DNA of 64,000 bases from Marispirochaeta sp. Lineage in GTDB: Bacteria > Spirochaetota > Spirochaetia > JC444 > Marispirochaetaceae. The notes under the pieces are model-generated. The model saw only the letters and a list, made by a program, of their open reading frames with translations, was not told the DNA's origin and searched no databases. Made by a program: the position numbers and the translations under genes. Positions 26,882 to 37,271 of the stretch are shown piece by piece (position 1 is the first letter of the stretch; each line of letters opens with the position of its first letter). Location: NCBI GenBank assembly GCA_963676835.2, contig CAXXFF010000002.1:320001-384000 (forward strand), given 5' to 3'.

Positions 26882-28243
26882 ATGGAACAAAAACCTGCCC
26901 GCAGCTATGTAAGCTACAGATCTATTTTCACCATTGCTCTGCCCATGGTGGTTTCCCAGGCCTCGGAGACAATCAATCTCTTTGTGGACCGTCTTTTTCT
27001 CAGTTCACTGGGAGAAGCAAGCCTTGCAGGTTCCATGAGCGGCGGACTGACAGCCTTCACCGCCTTTTCCCTGTTTGCTGCAGCCGTAGGTTACGTCAAC
27101 GCAATTGTTGCCCAGTACTATGGGGCAGGAAAATACCGCCGCTGTGCCCGTACAGCTGTGCAGGGAATCTACGCATCCCTGCTTATGGCCCCGCTGATTC
27201 TGCTGTTCCTGCCTCTTGGACACCTGCTGTTTACCGTTGTAGGCCACAGCGCTGAACAGATTTCCCTTGAATATACCTATTTCCGCATTATTATCAGCGG
27301 ATCATTCCTTATTTTGATTCGAAACGTTTTTACCGGCTTTTTTCTGGGCCAGGGTAAAAGCGGAGTTGTCATGCTGGCCAACCTTGCGGGGATGATAGTA
27401 AATGTGCCTGCCAATTATCTGCTGATCTTCGGAAAGGCCGGGCTTCCTGCCATGGGTATTGCCGGCGCCGCAACAGGAACCCTGATCGGCAGCGGAACCT
27501 CAGCTCTGGTGTTCTTTCTGTATTATATCAGCAAAACCACTAATGACCGCTTTTTAACCAGGACAGTATTCCGTCCGGATAAAGAACTTTTTCTCAGACT
27601 GCTCCGCTTCGGCATGCCTGCCGGCGTTGAAACCTTCCTTAATGTAACCGCCTTTAACCTCTTTCTGCAGCTTATGCTCTCCTACGGGTCAGAAGTAGCG
27701 GCGGCAGTAACTATTACCATGAACTATGACCTGGTTGCCTTTGTCCCGATGATCGGACTCAGTTTTGCCGCCACTGCTGTTGTGGGTCAGAAGATCGGTG
27801 CAGCAGATTATCCGGGAGCAATCCGGTCATCCTATATGATCATGCGCATCTCCTTTGTGTATGCAGGCAGCATGATACTTCTGTTTCTTCTGCTTCCACG
27901 CCCGCTGGTAACCATCTTCACCTCGGGACTCAGCAATCCGGAGACTGTCATACCCTTAAGCATCCTTCTTCTGCGTATGGCGGCGCTCTATATTCTTGCA
28001 GATGCCGTACAGCTGGTATTCGCCGGAGCTCTCCGCGGTGCCGGGGATACCCGTTTTGTGATGCAGTCCTCGGTGATTATTCACTGGCTTTTTGCGGGCT
28101 GCGCCTTTCTTCTGGTAAAAATTATAAAGATTTCTCCCCAGGCAATGTGGGCTCTTTTCATTCTGTTTGTAATGTCCTTGGGCTTGATTATGTTCCTCCG
28201 CTTCCGCAGCAATCGCTGGCAGTCAATCAAATTGATTGAATAG
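26882..28243 (+). CDS. MATE family efflux transporter
   Basis: About 12 TM segments; IALP, AQYYGAG and GALRGAGDT. Confidence 0.92.
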   Translation: MEQKPARSYVSYRSIFTIALPMVVSQASETINLFVDRLFLSSLGEASLAGSMSGGLTAFTAFSLFAAAVGYVNAIVAQYYGAGKYRRCARTAVQGIYASLLMAPLILLFLPLGHLLFTVVGHSAEQISLEYTYFRIIISGSFLILIRNVFTGFFLGQGKSGVVMLANLAGMIVNVPANYLLIFGKAGLPAMGIAGAATGTLIGSGTSALVFFLYYISKTTNDRFLTRTVFRPDKELFLRLLRFGMPAGVETFLNVTAFNLFLQLMLSYGSEVAAAVTITMNYDLVAFVPMIGLSFAATAVVGQKIGAADYPGAIRSSYMIMRISFVYAGSMILLFLLLPRPLVTIFTSGLSNPETVIPLSILLLRMAALYILADAVQLVFAGALRGAGDTRFVMQSSVIIHWLFAGCAFLLVKIIKISPQAMWALFILFVMSLGLIMFLRFRSNRWQSIKLIE

Positions 28244-28252
28244 CAGCCCCGG

Positions 28253-28299
28253 TGGACGAAGTATTCGTTTGTGTGTATGATTCATGTAAACGCTTACAT
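28253..28299 (+). promoter_or_regulatory. Promoter plus LacI-type operator
   Basis: TGGACG-17-TATGAT followed by the palindrome ATGTAAACGCTTACAT (28284-28299). Confidence 0.75.
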
Positions 28300-28329
28300 A
28301 AGCCGGACCGGATACCAGCGGAGTAGAAA

Positions 28330-29331
28330 TTGAATATTTATGATATTGCCAGAGAAGCAGGAGTCTCAATTGCAACCGTCTCCCGGGTTGTGAACGGCAG
28401 TAACAAGGTAAAAGCCTCCACCCGGACAAAAGTTGAAGAAATCCTGCATAAACACAGTTATGCACCCAGCGCATTCGCCAGGGGAATGGTATCCGGCAGT
28501 ATGCGGACCATTGGTGTCATGACTGTCGATATCCGTGATATCTACTTCGGCAGCCTTACACATGCGGTAGAACAGGAATTTTCCTCCATAGGGTATAACA
28601 CCTTTCTCTGCAACACCGGAGGACTGCCGGAACAGCAGCTGCACTATCTGGATGTTCTTACCAGCAAAAAAGTAGACGGAATTATTCTTGTCGGCTCCAA
28701 CTATGACGATATAAGCCTTGAAAAAGCGGTTCAGGACACCGCCAGAAATATTCCTGTGGTTATGGTCAATCGCGACTTCACCGGCCCTAATATATGGTCG
28801 GTAATCTGCGACGAAAAGCAGGGCATGCGGGAGTGCGTAACCCATATTGTCGATAGAGGACACCGCGAGATCCTCTACATAAAAGACACCAATACATACA
28901 GTGCAGCAAGAAAGCTCTCCGGTTTCAAACAAGGAATGGCAGATGCGGGCTATCCATGCGGGGATGAATGTATTATCGAAACCGGCAAAGGCATCGAAGG
29001 CGGAATTGCGGCGGTAGAAAAAATTCTGCACAAAGACAGAGCATTTACAGCTTTGATAACCGGTGACGATGTTACCGCCGCAGGAGTTATAAAGGGACTT
29101 CACAGGGCAGGGAAGGTTCCCGGCAGAGAGATTGCCGTCAGCGGATTTAACGACTCAATTATAGCCCGAAGCACCGATCCTGAACTGACCTCCGTCAACA
29201 GCATGTCCAGCGAGATGGGCCGTACGGCGGTGGCAATCCTTACACAGGTGCTTGAAAACGGGCAGCCGCCGCAGAAAACAGTGCTTAATCCGGTACTTAC
29301 CGTACGTGCAAGTACATTGTTACCGGAATAA
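28330..29331 (+). CDS. LacI-family transcriptional regulator
   Basis: IYDIAREAGVSIATVSRVVN HTH; TTG start. Confidence 0.95.
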   Translation: MNIYDIAREAGVSIATVSRVVNGSNKVKASTRTKVEEILHKHSYAPSAFARGMVSGSMRTIGVMTVDIRDIYFGSLTHAVEQEFSSIGYNTFLCNTGGLPEQQLHYLDVLTSKKVDGIILVGSNYDDISLEKAVQDTARNIPVVMVNRDFTGPNIWSVICDEKQGMRECVTHIVDRGHREILYIKDTNTYSAARKLSGFKQGMADAGYPCGDECIIETGKGIEGGIAAVEKILHKDRAFTALITGDDVTAAGVIKGLHRAGKVPGREIAVSGFNDSIIARSTDPELTSVNSMSSEMGRTAVAILTQVLENGQPPQKTVLNPVLTVRASTLLPE

Positions 29332-29368
29332 AAAATAGAGACACAGATTTACAAGAGGGAGTTTTAGT

Positions 29369-30907
29369 ATGCAGCAGTTGTCGAAGCAGTACGCCGAAAA
29401 CGGGAGTTTTCCCCAGAGTGTTGAAGCACCGAAGGTTGCGGATTATCCGGTAAAGGTTATCCAGTTCGGGGAAGGGAATTTCCTGCGGGGGTTTGTCGAC
29501 TGGATGGTGGACAGAATGAACCGGCAGGGCCTTTTCAACGGAAGTGTGAGAATTGTTCAGCCTATCGAGCGGGGAATGACAGACGTACTGAATCAGCAGG
29601 ACGGACTGTACACCCTGTACCTTCGGGGCCTGAAAAACGGCGAAGTAACCGAAGAAAAGTCCGTCATCGCTTCGGTCAAAGACGGGATGAATCCCTATGC
29701 CGATTTTGAGAAATTCCTGAAAGAAGCGGAAAACCCGGACTTGAGATTCATCGTCTCAAATACTACCGAAGCGGGCATCGCCTATACCGGACAGGACAAG
29801 CCTGAGGATACTCCCCCGGCAACCTTCCCCGGCAAGGTTACCCTTTTTCTCCACCGCCGCTTTAAGGCCTTCAACGGTGCCGCCGACAAAGGACTGGTTC
29901 TGCTGCCCTGTGAACTGATCAACCGCAACGGCGACAACCTCAAACGCATTGTTTTTCAGCTGGCCGAGGAGTGGAATCTGGGCGGAGATTTTAAAACCTG
30001 GCTGGAAACCGCAAATACCTTTACCAACACCCTGGTTGACAGAATCATCACCGGTTATCCGGTGGATACAATTAAAGAAATAACCGAAGAACTGGGATAT
30101 GAAGACAAGATTGTCGATGCCGGAGAAATATTCCATCTATGGGTAATTGAAGGTCCCGAGGCCATCAAGGAGGAGTTCCCTCTCCACAAAGCCGGTCTGG
30201 AAGTTGTCTGGACCGATGACATGACTCCCTACAGAACACGAAAAGTACGTATCCTTAACGGTGCCCATACAATGACAGTTCTTGCTGCCTATATGGCTGG
30301 ACTGGAAACAGTGGGTGAATCACTGAAGGATGAAACTGTTGCAGCCTATATTAAAAGAGGACTTTTCGAGGAAGTTATTCCCACCATGGATATGCCCAGG
30401 GAAGAACTTGAGGCCTATGCTGCGGAGACACTGGAGCGTTTCGCCAACCCCTTTATAACCCACTACCTGCTGAGCATTGCCCTCAACTCGGTATCCAAAT
30501 ATAAAGCCCGGGTGCTTCCAACCCTTAAAGACTCTCTGGCAGCAAAGAATACCCCCCCGTCAGTGCTTTCATTCGGACTGGCAGCCCTTATAGCTTTCTA
30601 CCGGGGAACTGAGTTTGCCGACGGCGCACTGGTGGGTCACCGGGGCAATGCGACCTACAGTATCAAGGACGACCAGGCGGTTCTTGAGTTTTTCTCAAGC
30701 CTCTGGAAGGACATTCCCGAAGCGCCCTCAAAAGCAGAGTGCGCCAAAATCGCCGAAACAGTTCTCGGCAGCGAACTGCTCTGGGCGGAAGATCTTAACA
30801 TGCAGCCCGGCCTTACATCCCTGATAAGCAGCTATCTCCAGGATATATATGCCCTGGGAATGAAAGGCGCCATGGAAAAAATGGTTACAGCAGGAGTAAC
30901 AGTATAA
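29369..30907 (+). CDS. uxaB: Tagaturonate reductase (altronate oxidoreductase)
   Basis: QFGEGNFLRGF, SNTTEAGI, LVDRI and KVRILNGAHT. Confidence 0.95.
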   Translation: MQQLSKQYAENGSFPQSVEAPKVADYPVKVIQFGEGNFLRGFVDWMVDRMNRQGLFNGSVRIVQPIERGMTDVLNQQDGLYTLYLRGLKNGEVTEEKSVIASVKDGMNPYADFEKFLKEAENPDLRFIVSNTTEAGIAYTGQDKPEDTPPATFPGKVTLFLHRRFKAFNGAADKGLVLLPCELINRNGDNLKRIVFQLAEEWNLGGDFKTWLETANTFTNTLVDRIITGYPVDTIKEITEELGYEDKIVDAGEIFHLWVIEGPEAIKEEFPLHKAGLEVVWTDDMTPYRTRKVRILNGAHTMTVLAAYMAGLETVGESLKDETVAAYIKRGLFEEVIPTMDMPREELEAYAAETLERFANPFITHYLLSIALNSVSKYKARVLPTLKDSLAAKNTPPSVLSFGLAALIAFYRGTEFADGALVGHRGNATYSIKDDQAVLEFFSSLWKDIPEAPSKAECAKIAETVLGSELLWAEDLNMQPGLTSLISSYLQDIYALGMKGAMEKMVTAGVTV

Positions 30908-32397
30908 TGAAAGCACTTCAGGTTCATCCCCGGGATGATGTTGCAGTAGCCATTACCGACCTCAAGGCTGGAGAAACAGTAGAGGCGGGGAATAAAGAAG
31001 TTACCCTTACCGCAGATATCCCCAGGGGGCACAAATTCGCTCTGCGTGATATTGCCCTTCAGGAAGGGGTTATAAAGTACGGGTATGCCATTGGAAAAGC
31101 TGTTGCAGACATTTCCGCTGGAGACCATGTCCATGTACATAACATCAAAACAGGACTTACCGGGGTTGAAGAGTACACCTACACCCCGAAGGCCAGGGAA
31201 CTTCAGGCAAAGCCGACCCGGAGCTTTCAGGGCTACCGCCGTACAAACGGCAAAGCCGGAGTTCGCAACGAAGTATGGATAATACCTCTGTCAGGCTGTG
31301 CAAATCACACCTCCAAAAGTCTGGCCGATCAGGTAAAGAACCTTCCGGACAATGTTGATGGTGTTTTTGCCTTTCCCCACCCATACGGCTGTTCACAGCT
31401 TGGGGACGACCATGAATGGACCCGGGTGATTCTTGCGGCTCTCGCAGACCACCCCAACGCAGGGGCGGTTCTGATGATCAGTCTCGGATGCGAAAACAAC
31501 CAGATGGATACCTTTATTGAGCTGCTTAAAGAGCGGGGCGTATACGATGAGAAGCGCATGCGCTTTATGATTACCCAGGATGTGGACAATGAGATGGAAA
31601 CCGGCGAAGTTCTGCTGAAAGAGTGCATCGATTACGCAGCCGATTTTCACCGGGAAGAGATCCCCGCAAGTGAGCTTGTGGTAGGCCTTAAATGCGGCGG
31701 TTCAGATGGATTTTCCGGGCTTACGGCAAATCCCCTGCTTGGGGCTTTTTCCGACGACCTCATCGCCCAGGGAGGTTCAACCATCCTGACAGAGGTGCCT
31801 GAAATGTTCGGTGCAGAGACGATTCTCATGAACAGGGCCGTCGATGAGAAGATCTATAATAAAACTGTCGACCTCATTAACAATTTCAAGGAATATTTCC
31901 TGAGGCACAATCAGGTTGTATATGAAAATCCAAGCCCGGGAAACAAGAAAGGGGGGATTACCACCCTGGAGGACAAATCCCTGGGCTGTACCCAGAAGGG
32001 CGGCGATGCACCGGTAGTGGATGTAATAAACTACGGTGAACAGGTGAAAACAAAGGGGTTGAATCTTCTTCAGGGGCCGGGAAACGACATAGTTTCCATC
32101 ACCGCCCTGGCGGCTGCCGGGGCTCAGCTGCTGCTTTTTACCACCGGCCGGGGAAACCCCCTGGGGGCACCGGTTCCTTCAATCAAGGTTGCCAGCAACA
32201 ATGAACTGGCAGCCCGCAAAAAACACTGGATCGACTTCAGTGCCGGTGATCTTGTAGAGGTCGAAGGCTGCACCATGGAGGTTCTGGAGGAGCGGTTCAT
32301 GGATAGCATTCTGGAACATGCTTCAGGTAAAAAAGCCAGAAACGAAGAGAACAATAACCGTGAGATCGCAATTTTCAAGGACGGAGTGATCCTCTAA
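30907..32397 (+). CDS. uxaA: Altronate dehydratase
   Basis: N-terminal SAF domain, HPYGCSQLG, KCGGSD and NPSPGNKKGG; TAATG coupling to uxaB. Confidence 0.95.
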   Translation: MKALQVHPRDDVAVAITDLKAGETVEAGNKEVTLTADIPRGHKFALRDIALQEGVIKYGYAIGKAVADISAGDHVHVHNIKTGLTGVEEYTYTPKARELQAKPTRSFQGYRRTNGKAGVRNEVWIIPLSGCANHTSKSLADQVKNLPDNVDGVFAFPHPYGCSQLGDDHEWTRVILAALADHPNAGAVLMISLGCENNQMDTFIELLKERGVYDEKRMRFMITQDVDNEMETGEVLLKECIDYAADFHREEIPASELVVGLKCGGSDGFSGLTANPLLGAFSDDLIAQGGSTILTEVPEMFGAETILMNRAVDEKIYNKTVDLINNFKEYFLRHNQVVYENPSPGNKKGGITTLEDKSLGCTQKGGDAPVVDVINYGEQVKTKGLNLLQGPGNDIVSITALAAAGAQLLLFTTGRGNPLGAPVPSIKVASNNELAARKKHWIDFSAGDLVEVEGCTMEVLEERFMDSILEHASGKKARNEENNNREIAIFKDGVIL

Positions 32398-33338
32398 GCT
32401 TCGAAATCTTCCGGATTATCAATTATCTGCTGGGAGAGGCCGTACCTCTCCCGGTGTTCTCCCCTTCCCAGGGGTTCAATATGTACAATTACATCGTAGA
32501 TATCCGGAATCCGGGCTGTTATGGCCCGTTCCACCTGTCCTGCTATGGCATGACCGGCTGATACTGTTTTATCCCCGTCAACTTCTATATCAAGATCCAC
32601 AACCTGCATTCTCCCAATACGCCGGATTCTGGTCCGGTGGGGGTTGTGGGCACCCTTTACCGTTTCAACGGCATTGAAGATTTCCCGGTAGACATGAGAG
32701 TCTTCCGTGCCGTCCATCAGTTCCGTGGAAGTCTCAAAAAAGATCCCCAGGGCTACCCGCATAATCCAGATACTCAAAAGAAAGGCTATAACAGGGTCGA
32801 TTACCGGCATGTTGAGAACATAGGTGGAAAACAGCCCGATTAAAACCGTGGTAGAGATCAGAATATCATTACGCATATTCTTGGCATCCGCTATCAGCAT
32901 ACTGCTGCCGGTTGCCCGGCCTACCCGGTACTTGAATACCGCCAGAGCGGTTTTTGCCGCAATTGAAACCAGAGTGACACCTACAGCAATATAGCCGGGA
33001 ACACCCATTTCTGTTCCCAGCACAAGCTTTTTAACCGTAACAATGGCAAGCTGGGCACCGGCAAAAAAGATAACAAAACTGAGTGCCTTGGTGGCAATTG
33101 TCTCTGCCCTGGTGTGCCCGTAAGGATGCTGCACGTCCGGGGGTTTTTCACTTATTTTGATGGTTATCAGGGTAATGAGGGAGGTAAGAATATCAGTTGC
33201 GGAATCAATACCATCGGAAACAACCGCATAACTGCCGGAAATAATCCCGAGAATAATCTTGGCGGCAGCCAGCAGTGCATTTGCAATAATACCTATAAGA
33301 GATGCCCTTGCAATAGAACGGGCCCGGGATTCAACCAT
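32394..33338 (-). CDS. Cation diffusion facilitator family transporter
   Basis: SDGIDS..D, KPPD.QHPYGH.RAE and VHIEP motifs. Confidence 0.92.
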   Translation of the reverse strand: MVESRARSIARASLIGIIANALLAAAKIILGIISGSYAVVSDGIDSATDILTSLITLITIKISEKPPDVQHPYGHTRAETIATKALSFVIFFAGAQLAIVTVKKLVLGTEMGVPGYIAVGVTLVSIAAKTALAVFKYRVGRATGSSMLIADAKNMRNDILISTTVLIGLFSTYVLNMPVIDPVIAFLLSIWIMRVALGIFFETSTELMDGTEDSHVYREIFNAVETVKGAHNPHRTRIRRIGRMQVVDLDIEVDGDKTVSAGHAIAGQVERAITARIPDIYDVIVHIEPLGRGEHRERYGLSQQIIDNPEDFEA

Positions 33339-33448
33339 ACTTTGAGCATAACGAAAAGAAGCACCAACAGCAATCCAAACAGTTTTTTTCGTTGCCAAAA
33401 AGAGATTTGATGCATACTCTTTAAACAGAACAAACGAAGGAGTTTTAG

Positions 33449-33823
33449 ATGAAAAAACTGATACTGACCCTGACGATTCTGTTTTTGGCCGCAGGTTTCA
33501 TAACGGCAGAGACATTTGATCTTGGAAAGTTCCCCAACGGAACCTGGATAGATAACAACTTTGATGCAGTATGGGAACTTTCGGTAGATAATATCCGCAT
33601 CCTCGATACCGCCGGCGGAGTCTATTACGATTTCAGTGAAGCCACCGTTCCGGATTTTGATGTTTCAGCAGATCTGAAAGGTGTCACAATAACCTTCTCA
33701 TGTGATGAGACCGGAAAAGCCTACAAACTGTACAAACCGACTTCCACCGGAACCTCCATAACCCTGGAGATTGATCCCCCCTCAGGAGTACATTACAAGG
33801 TGGAAATGCCTTTCAGGAAGTAA
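33449..33823 (+). CDS. Small exported hypothetical protein
   Basis: AGGAG RBS, signal peptide and own terminator. Confidence 0.75.
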   Translation: MKKLILTLTILFLAAGFITAETFDLGKFPNGTWIDNNFDAVWELSVDNIRILDTAGGVYYDFSEATVPDFDVSADLKGVTITFSCDETGKAYKLYKPTSTGTSITLEIDPPSGVHYKVEMPFRK

Positions 33824-33838
33824 CTTCCACTAATCAAT

Positions 33839-33869
33839 AAATCCCCGGCTTTTAAAACCGGGGATTTTT
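33839..33869 (+). terminator. Rho-independent terminator
   Basis: AAATCCCCGG..CCGGGGATTTTT. Confidence 0.8.
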
Positions 33870-33888
33870 CATATATACTGATACAGAA

Positions 33889-34116
33889 ATGAACGAGTGC
33901 GAATTCATCGAGCAGTGTCCCTTTTTCAACGGCCAGCTTCAGGGAGATCTTCGGAAAATAGAAGCAATGAAGCAGAAGTACTGCCGGACAAATAATCTCA
34001 ATTGTGCCCGTTATATGGTCGCGCATGCACTGGGAAAGGATCATATGCCGAAAGACCTGTTTCCCGACCAGAAGACAATCGCCTACTCGGTTATCGCAGA
34101 ATCTTCCCTTTCATAA
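33889..34116 (+). CDS. Small Cys-rich hypothetical protein
   Basis: C-x5-CPFF...KYC-x6-CARY...P.DLFP pattern. Confidence 0.75.
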   Translation: MNECEFIEQCPFFNGQLQGDLRKIEAMKQKYCRTNNLNCARYMVAHALGKDHMPKDLFPDQKTIAYSVIAESSLS

Positions 34117-34515
34117 TCCATAAACACCTTGAGCAGCCGAAACTATTTCGGCTGCCGGAATATCCGCCGGCGCAAGATCGAAGGCAAGCAGATTCGCAGG
34201 AAGCACCCATTGTAACTGCTCATGTTCATGGGGGTGAGGGATTCCCGCGGTAATAGCCGCATAATATACCGCCAGATCAATTTTAACTTCGGGATAGGAA
34301 AAAGGGAAAACACCGATCTTTTCGCCGATTTCCGCCGTAATACCCAACTCTTCCTGAAGCTCCCGCATCAGACAGGCTGAATCACTCTCACCCTGCTCAA
34401 CCTTCCCTCCGGGAAACTCCCAGAGAAGCGGACGGGACTGAGATGTGGACCGCCGGGCAATAAGGATTTTATTTTCTTTAACCAGCACGGCGGCGGTGAC
34501 GCGGACGGGGGTCAT
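34111..34515 (-). CDS. NUDIX hydrolase (MutT/NudG-like)
   Basis: WEFPGGKVEQGE..RELQEELGI Nudix box. Confidence 0.93.
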   Translation of the reverse strand: MTPVRVTAAVLVKENKILIARRSTSQSRPLLWEFPGGKVEQGESDSACLMRELQEELGITAEIGEKIGVFPFSYPEVKIDLAVYYAAITAGIPHPHEHEQLQWVLPANLLAFDLAPADIPAAEIVSAAQGVYGL

Positions 34516-34530
34516 ACCGGGACAAAACTC

Positions 34531-35259
34531 CTAATACTCCTGATTTTCGAAAAAGAAACCATACTCTTTAAAAACATTGACAAGATGACTGCGCATACTG
34601 TCAGCAGCAGCCCTGGGATCTCTTTTTTCAAGACAATCGATAATCTGGTCATGCTCAACCACCGATGCGCGGAGTCGCTCTTCAGTAACACTTCTTTCCC
34701 GTCCCTGATCCATAATTTCCCAAACCCTCAGTAAAGGACGGGCAATAAAAGAATAAAGAGCAATTAAGGTGGAATTCCCGGAATTTCGAACAACTTCCAG
34801 ATGAAAAAAAATATCGTCCTCAACCGCTCGGCTGGTTCCGATATTCCGTAAAAACTCGTTATTGGCATATCTGAGGTTCTGCAGTTCCCTGTCGGTAATC
34901 CTGGATGCTGCCGACTCTACCGCATAAATCTCCAGAATTCCTCTGGTCCTGTACAAGGAAGCCGGGTCCATTGTCTCCTGAATATTCAGGATATTGGTTA
35001 ACAGGCCTTTTAATATTTTTACATTAATATCTGCAAGATAAGTTCCGCTCTGAGGCTTGGTCTCAAGAACACCATAGAGCTCAAGCTTTTTAAAGGCAGC
35101 CTTCAACTGCTGCTTAGCAACGCCAAAGGTTTTCTGAAGCTGAACTTCCGATGGAAGCTGATCTCCCGGAGAAAGTTTCCCCTCCTCCAGAAGATCCAGA
35201 ATTTGCTTTATGATCAGGTCGGGAATATTCGGTAATTCAATTTTATGAAAACCGGGCAT
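34531..35259 (-). CDS. GntR/FadR-family regulator
   Basis: LSPGDQLPSE wHTH and FCD domain (FH..NS, EH..I). Confidence 0.9.
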   Translation of the reverse strand: MPGFHKIELPNIPDLIIKQILDLLEEGKLSPGDQLPSEVQLQKTFGVAKQQLKAAFKKLELYGVLETKPQSGTYLADINVKILKGLLTNILNIQETMDPASLYRTRGILEIYAVESAASRITDRELQNLRYANNEFLRNIGTSRAVEDDIFFHLEVVRNSGNSTLIALYSFIARPLLRVWEIMDQGRERSVTEERLRASVVEHDQIIDCLEKRDPRAAADSMRSHLVNVFKEYGFFFENQEY

Positions 35260-35298
35260 TACGAATATACCTTCTTTACAGGAATTAGAGCCTTAACG

Positions 35299-36267
35299 TC
35301 AGCGTTTTCGGCTTTTCCTATAATAGATCATAATCATTATTAATACTATTAAACCGTTGGCGATTTTCCTTCCTGCTTCGGGAATCTGTATAACTGTCAG
35401 AATTCCTTCAAGCATGATAATAATCAACGCCCCTGCAGCCGTACCCAGGTAACCGCCTTTACCTCCGGTCATGGCGGTACCGCCGACAACAACAGCGGTG
35501 ATTGACCACATGGTGTACTCTTTCCCTGCCTCGATGAACGCACGGGAGGTATTCCCTGCCAGAAGCGCACCGGTAAATGCCGAGAATGCCGCGCTCAGAA
35601 CATATACCAGGGTCCTTATTTCCCTGACTTTTATGCCGCTGAACTTGGCCGCTGTTGCGTTGGTTCCGATATAGTAGATTTTTCTGCCGGTTACCGACTT
35701 CCTTAAAAAGAGGAGAACAAGAACCGCCGTCAGCAACCAGATCCATACAATTACCGGAAGACCCATAAAGGCTCCTGCACCAAGCTTTTCCAGCCAGGGT
35801 GATGCAACACCACGGGGAGCACCGTTTATGGAAATCAGAGTAACACCGCTTACCAGAGAACTTACAGCAAGAGTCATGACCAGAGGGGAAATACCAAGAT
35901 AGGAAACCCCTACTCCGCTTATAAGACCGAATCCCGCACCGATAAGAACTATCAGGATGAGTCCTGAAACGGTATTGCCGTTGCTTCCGTTTATAAATAG
36001 ACAGCCGTAAATCTGCCCCATTGTTATAAGAGCACTGACTGTCAGATCAATACCGCCGGTAAGAATTACAAATGTCTGTCCCACTCCGCATAATCCGACA
36101 AAGGCTGCAGTCCTGAGAATATCCTTTACATGACTGAAGGAGCTGAACCCCGGAGACAGAAGCTCCCCCAGCAGCAGCATTCCAATAACAACAAATGCCA
36201 GCAGTATAATGGTAAAGTTCTGCCGGACACTTTCCATCAGCTCTTTTCGCTTCAACAATGTTACCAT
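35299..36267 (-). CDS. Sugar ABC transporter permease (RbsC-like)
   Basis: TGGIDL, GRKIY.IG.N..AAKFSGI and VVGGTAMTGGKG. Confidence 0.92.
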   Translation of the reverse strand: MVTLLKRKELMESVRQNFTIILLAFVVIGMLLLGELLSPGFSSFSHVKDILRTAAFVGLCGVGQTFVILTGGIDLTVSALITMGQIYGCLFINGSNGNTVSGLILIVLIGAGFGLISGVGVSYLGISPLVMTLAVSSLVSGVTLISINGAPRGVASPWLEKLGAGAFMGLPVIVWIWLLTAVLVLLFLRKSVTGRKIYYIGTNATAAKFSGIKVREIRTLVYVLSAAFSAFTGALLAGNTSRAFIEAGKEYTMWSITAVVVGGTAMTGGKGGYLGTAAGALIIIMLEGILTVIQIPEAGRKIANGLIVLIMIMIYYRKSRKR

Positions 36268-37271
36268 CAGTTCAGCCCTCCTTTTCTGCCTGGAAAAATC
36301 TTTTTCAGGAGAGAACTTTTTCCTTCGGTTCCGGATGCCGCATTCAGGGAGGTAAATGCCAGGGCAATGATAATAACAAGACCTTTTGCCACATACTGAT
36401 AAAAGGTTGAAACACCTACAAGGTTAAGAATATTGTCAATGAGATAGTAAATATATGCTGCACCGAGGATTCCCTGAACTCCACCCTTGCCTCCGGTAAG
36501 AGCAACACCTCCAATTACCGCCACCGCAATGGAGTTCATAATGTATGGTTCGCCTACCAGAGGATCCGCAGAGATCATCATTGCCGAGAGAAAAATACCG
36601 GCAAGCCCGGCATATACACCGGAAACTCCGTATACCATCATTTCAATACGCTGTGCGGGAATTCCGGATTCCTCGGCTATCTGCCTGTTTCCTCCTACCG
36701 CATAAACAGATCGTCCGAAGACTGTTTTTCGCAATACATAAAAAGTTCCAAAAACCGTAACAAGGATAATAATCAGCGGCATGGGAATAATGCCGAGGAA
36801 ATTGCCGGACAGAGTACGGTAGATGCCCATGGCAATGTCTCCGCCGGGCTCTTCCATTATGAGCAGTGTAATACCTGTCCAGATTGTCCCTGTAGAGAGG
36901 GTGACAATAAATGGAGGGAAACCCCAACGGGTTATAATGAATCCGTTGGAAAGCCCTATTGCACCGCCGACAATCACAGGCACAATAATCCATAACAGCA
37001 CATTTACCGGAGTACCGACGAACGGCAGGCTTGCTGCAACTACATTGGTAATGCCTATAATTGCACCGATTGAGAGATCTATTCCCCCGGTGAGAAGAAC
37101 AAACATCTGCGCTATTCCGGCAAGAAGCAGCGGGGCAATCCGGGTAAAAAGGTTTACATTGTTTGCCCAGGATAAAAACCTTGGCTGCAGAATACAGGCA
37201 ATTATGTATATACCGGCCATAATCACATAAACCGGAAGATATAGGAGTAAATCCCGCTTTCGCTCGGTCAT
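36267..37271 (-). CDS. Sugar ABC transporter permease (RbsC-like)
   Basis: TGGIDLSIG, FGRSVYAVGGN and VIGGVALTGGKG. Confidence 0.92.
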   Translation of the reverse strand: MTERKRDLLLYLPVYVIMAGIYIIACILQPRFLSWANNVNLFTRIAPLLLAGIAQMFVLLTGGIDLSIGAIIGITNVVAASLPFVGTPVNVLLWIIVPVIVGGAIGLSNGFIITRWGFPPFIVTLSTGTIWTGITLLIMEEPGGDIAMGIYRTLSGNFLGIIPMPLIIILVTVFGTFYVLRKTVFGRSVYAVGGNRQIAEESGIPAQRIEMMVYGVSGVYAGLAGIFLSAMMISADPLVGEPYIMNSIAVAVIGGVALTGGKGGVQGILGAAYIYYLIDNILNLVGVSTFYQYVAKGLVIIIALAFTSLNAASGTEGKSSLLKKIFPGRKGGLN

